Positions 13,119 through 29,732 of a stretch of DNA of 64,000 nt are shown here, piece after piece. Source of the DNA: Eledone cirrhosa (Eukaryota). The DNA is taken from positions 237,832,001-237,896,000 of the forward strand of contig OZ024740.1 of the NCBI GenBank assembly GCA_964016885.1, read 5' to 3'. Within the stretch, counting starts at the first letter, position 1. Each line of letters opens with the position of its first letter. Under the pieces are notes generated by a model. It was not told the origin of the DNA and searched no databases. It saw only the letters and a list, made by a program, of their open reading frames with translations. The position numbers and the translations under genes are program-made.

Positions 13119-13213
13119 ACCCCGACGGCAGAGCTCAAGCCGTTTCGATGGCTATTTCTGGACTAAATTAGAATTTTTAGCATGGTAATAAATAGCCGAA
13201 CTTTTCAAGGGGT
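13119..13213 (-). ncRNA. Type I hammerhead with a U3-A8 core variant
   Basis: Minus strand reads acccc-TTGAAAA-g..ggctattt/aaatagcc..c-GAAACGG cttgagctctg CCGTC-ggggt. All three stems pair. Confidence 0.72.
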
Positions 13214-14251
13214 AATTCCTTATATGGGAAAATTGTAGTTGTCAAAAGGATCTGTCAAAATTTCTTATAAACACAATTAAATCATTCATGGCAGTGGGTG
13301 GGAGGTGGGGGTGGCTGAACTTGCCTGTAGAACAATGAGGGAGTGGGTGGAGCCGGTCAAGCTTTGAAAGTGAATTCTATACAGCAAATTCTAATGAGTG
13401 TGTATGAAATTAGGGTAGTTAGGAAGCAGGCGAAAAAGGATTCTGGAGGAATTAGAGAGTGGGACATTATAGAATTAAAAGGTTAATAAATTGAGATTAA
13501 AAGATAATAAATAAAAAAAATAAAAATAATAAAATTAAATAGTAAAAAGTAATAAAAAAATCTCTAGAGTCTAAAGCAGCTGCTATATTTTTAGTTGGTA
13601 TTGCGTTTTCGGCCAATGCTATATATAATTTACTGGGGTGGGGGTACTGTGGCTACATAAGCCCGATGGGCTGCCTTGGGGTAGGCGAAAGAGGAAAAAG
13701 GAAAAGGAAGAGAGGAGGGAGTGGAAGGAAGTGATAAGAAGGGATAAAGGAAAAAGAAAAGAAAGAGAAAAAGAAAAAGAAAAGAAGTACATCTACCTAT
13801 GTATGCTGGGGTTTCCCCTATCTTGTTCAGAAAGTGGGGAAAAGAAGGATGTTGCAGCCATTGTCTACCCACCCGAATCATGAGGGGGTTTGAGGGCGAG
13901 GTAAGTCCTACACAATCGGTGTTTACATGCAGTTACAAGTTACTGCATGTAAACACCGATTGCGTATTGTCTATTTTTAGATAGTAGTGACAAAGGCCTC
14001 GGTTGGCTAAAAGCAATAATAAAAATGCTTCAAAATAAGCCCACGCAACAAGCACTGTAGAAAATCACAGGTATAGATATATTTGTTATCATCATTATCA
14101 TTTAATGTCAGGTCTGTCTGTCTGTCTCTCTCAATGGATCATATGAGCAAGATATGGTCACTTGACCTGCCTAGCCTTATGACATGAGACTTCTTGTCTA
14201 ACCCATGTAAGCATGGAAAAGAAAAGAAACATTATATGGTGATGATGATGA

Positions 14252-14307
<56 letters not shown>

Positions 14308-14361
14308 TCATCATCATCATCATCATCATCACCATATAATGTTTCTTTTCTTTTCCATGCT

Positions 14362-14677
14362 TGAAAGAGTGAAGAATAACATGGTCAACAGTATAAAAAG
14401 GGTTTTATTTATAGTATTAACAATTGTTTCATTGATTAGGATGTCTAAAGATTGCTAATCACTTGAAGTTGTGTCACTCAATCTTAAATACAGTGTATGC
14501 CTAATCAAATCATCGGAATAACTGAGTTATTTGTTTAGGCATACACTGTATTTAAGATTGAGTGACACAACTTCAAGTGATTAGCAATCTTTAGACATCC
14601 TAATCAATGAAACAATTGTTAATACTATAAATAAAACCCTTTTTATACTGTTGACCATGTTATTCTTCACTCTTTCA
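14362..14677. repeat. ~149-bp near-perfect inverted repeat (PLE-type inversion) containing a hammerhead 3' half, GAAACaattGTT
   Basis: Arms 14362-14510 and 14529-14677; the element continues to about 14842 before TA. Confidence 0.85.
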
Positions 14678-15111
14678 CTATTATTACTCCAAGATTAACC
14701 TCCATAGGAATTCCCGGGAACTCGCCACCTAACTAAGGAAACCTCTTGTTGAGTCAAACAACGCCGTACGTTAAAACTATCCACAATACAGGGTACTCAC
14801 AACCTCTAACTGAATTACCTATAACGATGATTTGTTATCCCATATATATATAGTAAATACAAATTTTAAGGAATTTCACTTGTCCGGCCTCCTGTCATTT
14901 TACTCAATAATAATTAACTCCCGCACCACCAACAGGATTCAACATCAAAGATGGATGAGTTGCATAATATCGAGTGCTTTTCCTACTATTACATCATGGT
15001 TAACTATGTGGAATGACCAGTTCTATCTAGTGGTGAACCACCAAATGTAAAATGATGATGATGATGATATATATATATATATATATAAAGAGAGAGAGAG
15101 AGAGAGAGAGG

Positions 15112-15148
<37 letters not shown>

Positions 15149-15309
15149 GGGTTAACCAAAAAGGGATGTGCAGACCACATTATGGTCTGTCAGTTGTGAA
15201 GCAGATAAAAAGAAGTGCTCAACGACCTGTTTAAATGGTGCAGACCACAGCATTATATATTATTAAAAGATCAGAGGCCATAATCAGTTGATTCGGGTTT
15301 ATTTAAAAC

Positions 15310-15371
15310 ACCATTATATATATATTTCATTGAGGACTATCAGTTATGATAGCCTGAGCTCTTCAGATGGC
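15310..15371 (-). ncRNA. Type I hammerhead ribozyme
   Basis: Minus strand reads gccat-CTGAAGA-stem II (ctatca/tgatag)-GAAA tatatata TA-atggt; AUA triplet; the base of stem II is imperfect. Confidence 0.65.
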
Positions 15372-15971
15372 AAAACCTATAAAAACTTGAAAACATTGAA
15401 ATTTCCTTTAAAAAAAATCTTTAAATTTAAAAAAATCCAAAAATTTCCTCAAAAAAGATTTTCTTTTCTTGATACAGGGGGATGCCCCTGTATGACCCTA
15501 TAAATTTTGGCGGAAGTGTTGTTCAGTTCAGGTCCCATGTCATTATTGCAGGATGTTTTGTGTAGGAATTAATATAATCAGCTAGTAGCTCGTCCCCCCC
15601 CTCCTCCCTGGCAGTCAGTTATAGTAGTAGTGACAACTATCTCCTCCCAACTTCACTTTGTTCACAGGTTTGCAACAACTGTGAATATTATAACCAATAC
15701 CAAGAAGTAAATATATAATAAATTAATTAAAAGGAATAGTTATATTAAAGGGAATGAATATGTGAGGAGAGATAATTATAATGAAAAAAATTGATAACAA
15801 AAAAAATATTATAATGAAAAAAATTTAGAGAAAAACATGATAGTATGTAGGCATATATATATATGATAAAGAACACAAGAGCGTCTACAACATCAAAAGA
15901 TTTTTATTGGCTTACAATGTTTCTTCCTTACGTAACCGTAATGAATATGTGAGGAGAGATAATTATATATA

Positions 15972-16068
<97 letters not shown>

Positions 16069-16073
16069 TATAT

Positions 16074-16118
<45 letters not shown>

Positions 16119-17421
16119 AACAAGCAGGTAGGACTTTCAAACACACAAATCTGCAGACACACCCAGAACAAATGCAAGCAATCATTGAATACCCTATACG
16201 CAAATAATACACTCAGAAAACAAAGTCAACAATAAACAAGACATCCAGTGGATAAGACTATCAGATCCAAACTCATAAAAATTATATTCATAAAATCAAA
16301 GCCAATCATGAACTAAATGTCTATACTAGAACTAAGACATCAACCATAATCCTTACCTCAGACATCAACCATATTTCCCAATCACTAAACTACTCTAAAT
16401 ATGAGTATGTGGGAGACGGACATTTTCAAGCTGCAGCCATCAAATTACGCAGTTTCTGTATAAGAATAGACATTAAACAATATCTATTATTACCTGCAGT
16501 AACTAAAACCCCATTACATAATAGGCCTTGGTCCACCCTCTTCCATATACCCTTTACCTTAACCCTTGAATTAAGATTAAATAAAATATACATGTATCTA
16601 CAAGCATAAAATATTCTTATACAGGTAAAATTCCATTATAATGAATATCAATATAACAAATTTTTCAGTATAACGAATTTTTTTTCAATCCCCGAGGTAA
16701 TAAAAAACAAACACTCGATTTGTTTTGGTCAATCAAAGTCCAAAACAAGTCCAGCCTCACCAGGAGAGACAATCTTTTTATTTAGTTGATTCAATTGCAT
16801 CATGATGAGGTAGTTTTTGTCATTTAGTGTGTATGTGTGTCATAGTTTTTGTCATTGTTACTGTACATAATATCCAGAATAAAGAGTGTGAGTACATTCC
16901 AACAGGTGGGTTGAGATTAGTGTATGAGGGGAGAAGGTGGAGCGTGACTTAATAAATCGGTAATTTTGTGAATTAATATATAAAAAGATTGTCTCCCCTG
17001 ATGGAGCTGTCCATGTTGAGGACTTTGACTAGAAATTAAACAATTCAAAGCCCGTCAGCCAGCCGGCCAGCCAATGTGGGTGTCTACCCTCCATACTATA
17101 TCTATATATATGTATGTGTATGTGTGTGTGTGTGTGTGTGTGTCTGCATGTACACATACATAAATAAATATATACATAAACAACAAGCATTTTATAGCCA
17201 TTCTTCTTGCTAGAGCAGCAGATATTAGCCTTGTGCAACCGATGACAACCTGGCATCCTTTCTGATGCCAATTTAGAAAGATCTTAGTCACCTCTTATAG
17301 CATGAAGGAATATAATATATCTATTCTAAGCTTGATGTGCAAAGTATAAAATATATCTATATATACATATATATATATATGCATATATATATATATATGT
17401 GTGTGTATATATATATATATA

Positions 17422-17565
17422 TGGACACACTAGAAGAGGAAGACCAAGGTTAACGTATGTTGATGCCCTAAGGACAGACACTGGTCTGTTGGAGACGCAG
17501 GACATGGCAGCGATAATGAGGGACAGAGACTGCTGGAGAGAACTCGTCCATGGATCTCGGGAATT
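17422..17565 (+). mobile_element. Short 3' fragment of a different RTE-like LINE
   Basis: GHTRRGRPRLTYVDALRTDTGL...MRDRDCWRELV. Confidence 0.7.
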
Positions 17566-17594
17566 TTACCCGCCTTATATATATATATAAGGCG

Positions 17595-17643
17595 GATTCC
17601 TGATGATTTCTAAAGAATGAAACAGTTCTAGTCCTGTAGAATC
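17595..17643 (+). ncRNA. Type I hammerhead ribozyme in a ~140-bp insert between (TA)n tracts
   Basis: gattc-CTGATGA-tttctaaagaat-GAA ACAG ttctagtc CTGT A-gaatc; GUA triplet. Confidence 0.75.
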
Positions 17644-17726
17644 TCATCTATATTAAAACTTTTATACTCTGCTATGTATTGAGTACCTTACTTACTGTGG
17701 TTACCTCCGATTCAACCCGGAATAAC

Positions 17727-20340
<2,614 letters not shown>

Positions 20341-20453
20341 TTTTTTTTTTATATATATACATATATATATATATAATGAAGTAGTTGTGGCAAGGAACCA
20401 GATGGACCATAACGCACCAGAGTACTCAATACTTAGGGCAGTAGAGTGGGTAA

Positions 20454-20593
20454 TAGGAGAAAGTATGACCCCGACGGCAGAGCTCAAGCCGTTTCAACGG
20501 CTATTTCTGGACTAAATTTTACAAAAATTCTAATTTAGTTCATAAATAGCCGTCGAAACGGGTTGAGCTCTGCCGTCGGGGCCATACTGTCTC

Positions 20594-20596
<3 letters not shown>
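20454..20596. repeat. Hairpin built from two inverted hammerhead 3' halves (same family as 13119-13213)
   Basis: GAAACGG gttgagctctg CCGTC gggg at about 20555-20582, with its inverse at 20468-20495. Confidence 0.8.
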
Positions 20597-20643
<47 letters not shown>

Positions 20644-20647
20644 CACA

Positions 20648-20801
<154 letters not shown>

Positions 20802-21109
20802 CAAATAACATGCAATAATCCACTTCTCGTGAAAAGTTTTTTTTAGAACATCTCACTGAATACAACAACAGTTTGTGTGTGTGCATGTGTGCATGTGTGC
20901 ATGTGTGCATGTAAGTCTAACAATATCCTCTGTGGATTACTTATTAACAACCACACAATAAATTTGCCAATTGAAAACTGCAGATTCTGTGAAAACCAAG
21001 AATGTTGACCAATTGTCATGTTAATGTGATAACTGAGAAATATCCCATGAAGAATATTCTCAATAATACACATATGCACACAAACAGAAACAACATAAAT
21101 ACATATATG

Positions 21110-21142
<33 letters not shown>

Positions 21143-21349
21143 ATTGACACACACACATACACATATAGAAAATGAAATCAGTGTAAGAAAGTTTTGCAAG
21201 CTGAAGTAATGCTATACTTCACCAATAATTTCTGACTACAAGCAATGAATGCTGATGGGAATTTTACTGACATGATGTCAAGATAGCGCAGTTCCATTGG
21301 TGATGCATGGATGGTTGTACTCTGATTGCTTCATTTGATACTTATACAT

Positions 21350-21500
<151 letters not shown>

Positions 21501-21501
21501 C

Positions 21502-21563
<62 letters not shown>

Positions 21564-22089
21564 GTATATGTATATATATGTATGAATCAAAGTTGTATAT
21601 GCAATATAGCAGGTATATATATATGTATACACACACACACATACACACACACATATATCTATATATATATCTATATCTATATATATATCTATATATATAT
21701 ATGTATATAAATCAGAATGGATGCAGTAAAAACCACTTAGACCATTACTCACCACAGTTTGTATCTAGCTATCTAGCTGTTGAAACAGCAGGAGCTCAGC
21801 TATTGGGGGTCCCGAATTTTTCATATATATACATGCTTTTTACATTCATTTGATTTATTGATTTATTGATATTTTATCTGAGTGTCCCGAATCTTCCAGA
21901 TCGTAATTTTTCGGTCGTATGGTTGATTTTAGACATGTTCTATGTGTGTCGGTATTTTAACGATAGTTATAGCTCTGATTTATCTGAATTATTGAGCCCT
22001 CTGCCGCTCATTTCGAATTTTGTTTATCGTGAACTCGTGCGCCGATTTTTCGATACTCGATTATTCTACTATATATATATATATATATA

Positions 22090-24205
22090 CAGTGGCGTAG
22101 CTAGGGTGTGGCAAGCAGGGCACATGCCACGGGCGCCACATTTAGGGGGGCGCAATTTCGACCGAGATCGATTTACATCCATGTCGTTTTTATCATTTTT
22201 AAAAATATAAGCCAAAAATGAAGCATGTGATTTCTTGATAGCCGACTTCCACGCCATGTCTAGACAGAGCAGATGTCTGATTTGACCCCCCCCCCCCCCC
22301 CCACACACACACTGACTGAAGGGACGTAGTTTTGGATGTGCAGCTGGTGGACACGCAGGTGCTATTTTTAGCAATGCATTGCAATGACCAATACAATATA
22401 ATTATAATTATGAAGCTGGTTTACAAAGCAGAGTAGTTTGTCTTTTACAACTGGTACATAAGACGTATAGAAAAGGTATCACAATCCAAATGGACAGATA
22501 GGATCGGATAGCTTCTATTAGGAATTCAATTTGACTCCAGTTTAGATGGTTCAATGTTGTCTTCTATAATACAGTTCGTCAGAATTTACTAAATCGTATC
22601 CCAAAAGCAAGATACTATGGTCTGCTGATTGATTCGACCCCTGACCAGGCGCACCGAGAACAACTGTCAAAACTGTCGATGTTGATTTCAATATGAAGAC
22701 GGTCGATGTGAGGGAATCTTTTCTTGGATTCATTCAAGTAATCAAAAAAGATGCCGCAAGCCTTGTTGAAACAATCGTGAAAGAGCTAGAAAAAGATGAC
22801 CTACCACTGCAGAACTGTCGATCGCAGTGCTACGACAATGCTGCCATAATGGCTGGGCACCGCAGTGGGGTTCAGCAGAGAATGAGAGAGAAGAATAATT
22901 TGATTCACTTCGTTAATTGCGATAACCATTCCCTTAATCTGGCTGGTCTTCATGCAGCCCAAAACGATTCTGCTATGATGAACTTTTTCAGTTGCATTGA
23001 CTCGTTATACAACTTTTTTTCTCGTTCAACACGACGATGGGAAGTCCTTAAAGAAGTTGCTCCAGTGGTTGTTAAATATCGTTCCCACACGCGGTGGAGT
23101 GCTAGATGTACCGCAGTCAGACCGGTGGCGAATTATTTGACGCTGATTGTTCAAGTTCTCGAAAAAATTAGTGATGATGAAACAGAGACATGCGAGAGTA
23201 GAAGTGATGCCAGTAATCTCCATAATTGGATACTGAGTTATGAATTCCTGAACTTGATTGGATTCTGGAACACGATTCTCTCACGAATTGACCGGGTTCA
23301 AAAGAGACTTCAAGATCCAAGAATGAATTTCCACGATGCTGCAGCTGATATAGGAGCCCTTCAACTTTATTTTAAAGAAGAAGGAACATCCTTAATCAAC
23401 GAGTCTTTTGAAATGGGCTTCGACCTCTGCCAGAAATGGAATGTCGATCTTCCAAGGAGGCGAGGAAGACGACAAACCAATACCGAAATTACTGAGGACG
23501 TCGAGGTGGCTGCCAGAAAAGAGTTAGAGAGAGCAATGCAAAGTTCACTCAATCGTCTTCAAACAGAAATGGTAGAACGGTTTATTCGACTTAAGGAAAC
23601 CGACTCAAGTTTTGGCTTTCTTCTTGATGTCAACTATCTGTTTTATTTGGCTGCTCCTGATAACCTTGTCCTTAAACAACGGTGCAACAGTCTTGCGGAA
23701 CTATACAACTCCGACATCGACGGAGAGCAATTGTATGAGGAAATCTTGGACTGCCGATCTTTGCTGGCTACTAGGACAGCTGACCCAATTTTAAAGCCGG
23801 AGGCACTTCTCCAATTCATCATACAATATGGCGATGAATGTGTTTTTCCCAATTTGCGAATCAGCATTCAAATAATGTTGACGATTTCTATTTCAATTGC
23901 CAGTTGCGAGAGGTCGTTCAGCAAGCTGAAGCTAATACATTCGTTTTTGCGAACCTCAATGGGGCAACAACCGCTGACTGACCTCACCCTTTTGAGTGTA
24001 GAAATCGAAGAGTTTGAACGAACTGATTTCGAGGAAATTATCAACCAGTTTGCCTCATTAAAAGCCCGAAAAATCAAGAGTTATAACCGTTTTTTGTTTT
24101 TTTATTATAAATTCTACCGCAATTTCGTCTTTGTGGATCTTGACTTTTTGATGGGGGGCGCAATTTTGATGTTTGCCCTGGGCGCCGTTTACCCTATCTA
24201 CGCCA

Positions 24206-24208
<3 letters not shown>
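22090..24208 (+). mobile_element. hAT DNA transposon, internally deleted, inserted in (TA)n
   Basis: TIRs cagtggcgtagctagggt and accctatctacgccactg; flanks are (TA)n, compatible with an 8-bp TATATATA TSD. Confidence 0.93.
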
Positions 24209-24292
<84 letters not shown>

Positions 24293-24306
24293 GAGGAGAG
24301 AGTTAG
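22693..24306 (+). CDS. hAT transposase (ZMYM1-like group), N-terminally truncated; the ORF reads through the right TIR
   Basis: SQCYDNAAIMAG, CDNHSLNL, TRWSA and dimerisation motif ASCERSFSKLKLI. The natural end is about 24085. Confidence 0.88.
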
Positions 24307-24565
24307 AGAAGAAAACACACGGGAGCGTGTGTGTTTATCAGGTTACAGGGATACCACTAGCGTATGCAACTTATAAACTAAGAAGATAAATTAAAAAGAT
24401 AAACTAAAATGATAAACACACACTTTCTCTCTCGTATGTTTTCTTCTCTATTTTATATTTGAAGAGCCCATAATTCTTTTTCTTTTGAGCTCATGAATTA
24501 CAGGGACTAACGCAAGTTTCTGACTCCTTTACTTCATTTTGATTTATATATATCAAAATGAAGTT

Positions 24566-25088
24566 ACAGAGTAGGTAGACCCAGAAAAACCTGGGACGAT
24601 TTGATAAATTCTGACCTTACACACTTGCACCTCTCTAAGACAATGTCACTGGACTGAGATCTTTGGCGCCACGCAGTAATACAGAAGACCCACCCTGCCT
24701 ATGTACAAAGCGAAACCTACAGTCAGTAGGCACCTCTTAACCAAATATACACCCCAACCCACTACCCCTACTCCATCCTCCCACTCCCACCAACACCACC
24801 CTTTCTCTGTAAAGTTATGTTGGTACCACTATATCCAGTCCAAACTAATGAGGTCGTGTAGGTCACGACAAAAAACACACAGTCCATGCTGTAATGTGGC
24901 CATGTAGGTAACACGGTAAAAAGCTCCCAGTTCACACTGTAAATATGGTTGGTGTTAGGAAGGGCATCCAGCCATAGAAAACCTGCCAGATACAGTCCTA
25001 TATGAGCGAGACACGGTCAGCTGACCAATCTTGCCTCAAGTGGGACAATTCCCATCTAACCCATGCTATCATGGAAGATAGACATTAA

Positions 25089-25135
<47 letters not shown>
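24566..25135 (+). mobile_element. RTE LINE 3' fragment with (GAT)n tail
   Basis: Near-identical to 35820-36353. Confidence 0.9.
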
Positions 25136-25190
25136 ATATATATCATCATCATCATATATATATAAACATCATCATCATCATATATATATA

Positions 25191-25237
<47 letters not shown>

Positions 25238-25241
<4 letters not shown>

Positions 25242-27455
25242 TCATCATCATCATTTTGCGTCCGCTTTTCCCTGCTTGCAAGGGCACAGCATCTCTCCAC
25301 TTGTCACGGTCTTTCGTCATCTCCTCCGTGAGTTTCAGCGATCTGAGGTCTGCTCACACCACCTCTGCCCATGTTTTTCGTGGTCTTTCTTCTACTGGGA
25401 TTTCCTGACACTTCTTTACCCAGCGGTCATCCTCCATGCGCATCACATGTCCATACCATCTCAGTCTTCTCTCCTGCACACCACAACTTATCCCTCTTAT
25501 ACCCCGTTTCTTTCTCAACTCATCTATGCTTGGTCGTTCACGCACATTGACATTGCACATCCAACAGAGCATGTTTGCTTCATTTCTCTCCAGCCGTTGC
25601 ATATCCTCTGCAGTTGCTGCCCATGTCTCACTACTATGCAGCATCGTGCATCTCACCCAGGCATCATATAACCAGCCTTTCGTATGCAGGAGAAACCCTT
25701 CTTTGTCAACAGAGGAAGCAGCTCCCTAAACTTCTTCCAACCCGTCCTTATTCTAGATACTATGGCCTCAGACCCCCCTCCCTCCCATGCTAATCTGATC
25801 ACCTAGGTACCGGAAGCTATCAACCACTTCTATAGAACCCACCTGCATTGGAAAAATGTGTCTATCACTGCGATTACTACTGCCAAATTTCCCTGTACAT
25901 CTACTGCATACATAGTTTTCCCTACATGTTAGCTTGCCTGCTATCCCACTACATCTCTTGTGTACCCAAGATTTGCATTGCGTACATTTTATGGAATTTA
26001 TGCCAGTTCCTTTTCTACATATCGAACATGGCCATTTCCCTGATGGAATCAGAATATTGTCCTCTCTTCTACTTATCAACACTTTTGTCTTAGCTAGGTT
26101 CACTCTCAGTCCTCTTGATTCCAACTGCTGTTTCCATAGCCAGAATTTATTCTCTAGCTCTTCTACTGATTCTGCTATAAGAACCAGATCATCAGCATAG
26201 GGAAGTTCCCATGGGCAGCCAGTCTTAAACTCCTCTGTTATGGCTTGGAGGACTATACTGAACAAGAGCGGGCTGAGGACCGAACCCTGAAGTACACCTA
26301 CTTGTATCTGGAATTCCTCACTAAACTCCATTCCTACTCTCACTTTACTGACAGCACCTCTGTACATAGCTTGCACTGTCCTCACAAGCCATTCCTCTAC
26401 ACCTAATTTCCTTAGGGACCACCAGATGACCGATCGGGGTACCCTATCAAAGGCCTTCTCTAGGTCAACAAAAGCTAAGTATAGTGGCTTATTCTTCTCT
26501 AAGAACCTCTATTGTAGTTGTCTTACTAAGAAGAGGGCATCTGTTGTACTTTTCCGAGACACAAACCCAAACTGCATCTCATCTAGTTTGACCCTTTCTC
26601 TACTTAGTTGCGCTAATATGCTTTCTGCCACTTTCATAACCTGATCCACCAATTTTATGCCCCTATAATTGCTCCTCTCCAGAGCACCTCCTTTACCTTT
26701 GTAGCAATTTATGAGAATACTGCTGCACCAGTCTTTGGGTATGACACCACCATATATAGCTTAATTGATGATGCATGCAACCAGTTTAGTGCCTACTTCT
26801 CCTGATGCCTTCAGCATCTCAGCAACTATCCCTGATGGTCCAGCAGTCTTACCATTCTTCACTTCCTTAATTGTCTCTTGTACCCTATATTCGTCAATCT
26901 CAATAGCTGGTCCCTCTGTCTACTGGGGGTCTCTCTCCCATTCATTCTCCACATTCATCAGTCTCTCATAATGACATTTCCAGGCCTCCTTTTTCTGATC
27001 ATTCGTGACACTAAGTGCACCGGCTTCATTCCGGACACATTTATTTCCAACATCCTGATTTGCACTGACACTCTGCCTTGCAATGTGGAACACCGCACAC
27101 CTCTGATCTTCTCGTCGCAGGACATTGGCAAACCTCCTACTCTCAGCCTCCCTGCGTGCTAAGTACACATGATGTCTAGCTTCTCTCTTAGCGGCTGTGT
27201 ATCCTTCTCTACTCCCACCATTTTTCCAAGCGTTCCATGCCAGTCTTTTGTCTCTAATGGCTCTATCTACCGTGCTGTTCCACCACCAGGTCACTCTCTG
27301 TCTGGTTGAAGCTCTGTCCCAACCACAAGTTTCTTCAGTAGTCTGCAATAAGTTGTCACATAAGAAATTCCAGTTATCATCTATGTCATACGATTCTAAA
27401 TCGTCTTCTTTTTCGTCATACATATCTTGAAGGGCTTTCCTAAATTTATATTTTA
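25238..27455 (-). mobile_element. RTE LINE, second subfamily with short 3' UTR, 5'-truncated and degenerate
   Basis: ORFs 26920-27486, 25768-26385 and 25354-25656 carry RT motifs (QGSVLSPLLF, YADDL); the tail is cttgcaagcagggaaaagcggacg-(atg)n. Confidence 0.92.
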
Positions 27456-27458
27456 GTG

Positions 27459-29240
27459 AAATTGAATATAAAAGAAAAACGAACACAGATATTTACATAT
27501 ATGTGTTCAAATCGTAAGGGACCAGATTCGCTTATATTCAATTATAATATACGGCTCGGAAATATCTTATAACAAAATACTAGTGTGTATGAATATAACA
27601 AAGATGGTCGGTTGTTTGTATAACGTTTAATTAACAAGTTGAAGTTATGTAGAACAGTATAGTTAACATGTCAATGAGTAGTAGATGAAAGAATGAAGTA
27701 AAGTTATTTGTTACCGTTTTGAAGTTAGCTCGCAAGAGGCCATATTAAGGTTGCCAGACGAACGCGCCTGGCCGAAGGGCCAGGCAGGTTAGAAGGCCAG
27801 GAGCCGAAAGGCAAATGAGAGGTAGAGAGCTGAAAATTATTCCCTTTATAGGTCCTGGGACGGAAGTGACAAAAAGGGCTCTGCCACCCCAACGGGAAGC
27901 AACTCCAGCTACTTCCTGTCTAGAGAGTGTTACTCTATTGGTGATGTGATCGTCACAACAAGGGAGGCAACTCTTGCTACAATCTCTTTCTTAGAGCTAT
28001 TTTGTTGTAAGAGACTTTAACGAAGGGTATAAATAGAATTTGGAATGTTAGAATGTGTATAGGATGGTTTTCTGATATGGGATAATAACAAGATAGTTAA
28101 ATGTAATAACAATAATATGAAGAATATAAGGAATATAGGATTTGGTTATATATAGTTTACTTCACGTGAATCATTTAATAAGTACACATAAAAACAGTTA
28201 CCAATGGTTGTTAAAGTTGTTATCGTTTCTGATGTGAGGCTGTTGTAGTCTGTTGTTATTGGTGTTAAAATAGCGAGTTACAGATAATTGTTGTTGTTGT
28301 TGGAATTCGTGGTAATAGTTGTTAGACCGTGTTAGTTAGAGAGTATGGTATGTATAGCTCTGAATGGTCTGTAGTAACTGAGAAATACCATGAACTGCAT
28401 ACAGCGGTGTGGTCTGTAGTAACAGAGGTTCCAATCTGTGTGTGTGTATCTGTAGACTTCATGGGGTCTGTTGGTAGACCAAAGGGATCTGTTAATAGCA
28501 GTAATCCTTACATAGTTAGTTGTATATCCTATCGCTTCGATGTCTCTGTGTGAAATGGCTTGTACATGGTCTGTATATAGCTGTCACTTCCTGTCCCCCA
28601 CCTTGAGAGAACAGCCAACGAATCCACCTGTCTACACCAAAGAGAGTGTTGACCTAGGATTTAATCTTTAGGTATCACCCAAAGTTCAAGGCGCGGACAG
28701 ATTTCGCTACAAGACTATTTTGAGTTCCTAACTCAATATATACCTTTGATATATTCGGCTCTGTTAATTTGTTGAGCTATTTCAAATGTCGAATAAACCT
28801 GACTGCTATTTTTAGTGGTGTAAGTTTGTGAGACACGCTGAGATGCCATGTACACTATTCAGTTTCTTAATATACTTAGAAGTGTCTAGGATACTAATTT
28901 ATCACCTACTGATGAGCATAAATTGGTAATTCTATTCACAATTAATTTTGCGAAACAACACCAAGGTGCCTGGGTGATTGGTAGTTACCACAATTCCGGT
29001 TTGTATTTATTTTCTTGATTTTTTCTTAAATTGAGACAAGCAAACCCAATTGTCTATATTTAGTATTCTTTTCACCTTAGCGAATCTGGTCCCTTATGAT
29101 TTGAACACATATATGTATATACCTGTGTTCGTTTTTCTTTTATATTCAATTATAATATACTGCTCGGAAATATCTCTTTCTTAGAGCTATTTTGTTGTAA
29201 GAGACTATTTTGAGTTTCTAACTCAATATATACCTTTCAT
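27459..29240 (+). mobile_element. Non-coding ~1.8-kb PLE-like element with a terminal inversion and a degenerate hammerhead
   Basis: 27459-27531 is the inverse of 29079-29152. HHR-like atcaccta-CTGATGA-gca..tgc-GAAAC..GCC-tgggtgat lies at 28901-28978. Confidence 0.55.
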
Positions 29241-29279
29241 ATATATATATAAAAAAAATTTAAAAAAAAACAAAAAAGA

Positions 29280-29607
29280 ATCAGTCCACGCTGTAATGTG
29301 GCCGTGTAGGTAACACGGTAAAAAGTTCCCAGTTCCACACTGTAAATGTGGTTGGTGTTAGGAAGGGCATCCAGCCGTAGAAAACCTGCCAGATAGTCCT
29401 ATATGAGCGAGACACGGTCACCCGACCTACCTTGCCTCAAGTGGGACAACTCCCGTCTAACCCATGCTAGCGTGGAAGATGAACGTTAAACGAAGATGTT
29501 GATGATGATGATGATATGCATATATATATATAAGCATATATATATACAAACCCATGCAAGCGTGGAAGATGGACGTTAAACGATGATGATGATGATGATG
29601 ATGATGA
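29280..29607 (+). mobile_element. RTE 3' UTR fragments with (GAT)n tails
   Basis: Match 36130-36353. Confidence 0.85.
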
Positions 29608-29608
29608 T

Positions 29609-29671
<63 letters not shown>

Positions 29672-29681
29672 TATATATATA

Positions 29682-29729
<48 letters not shown>

Positions 29730-29732
<3 letters not shown>

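Noticed and set aside
16732-17045. Imperfect inverted repeat with CTGATGG...GAAAT
   Set aside because: The core is mismatched and stem I cannot be closed, so no ribozyme was called.
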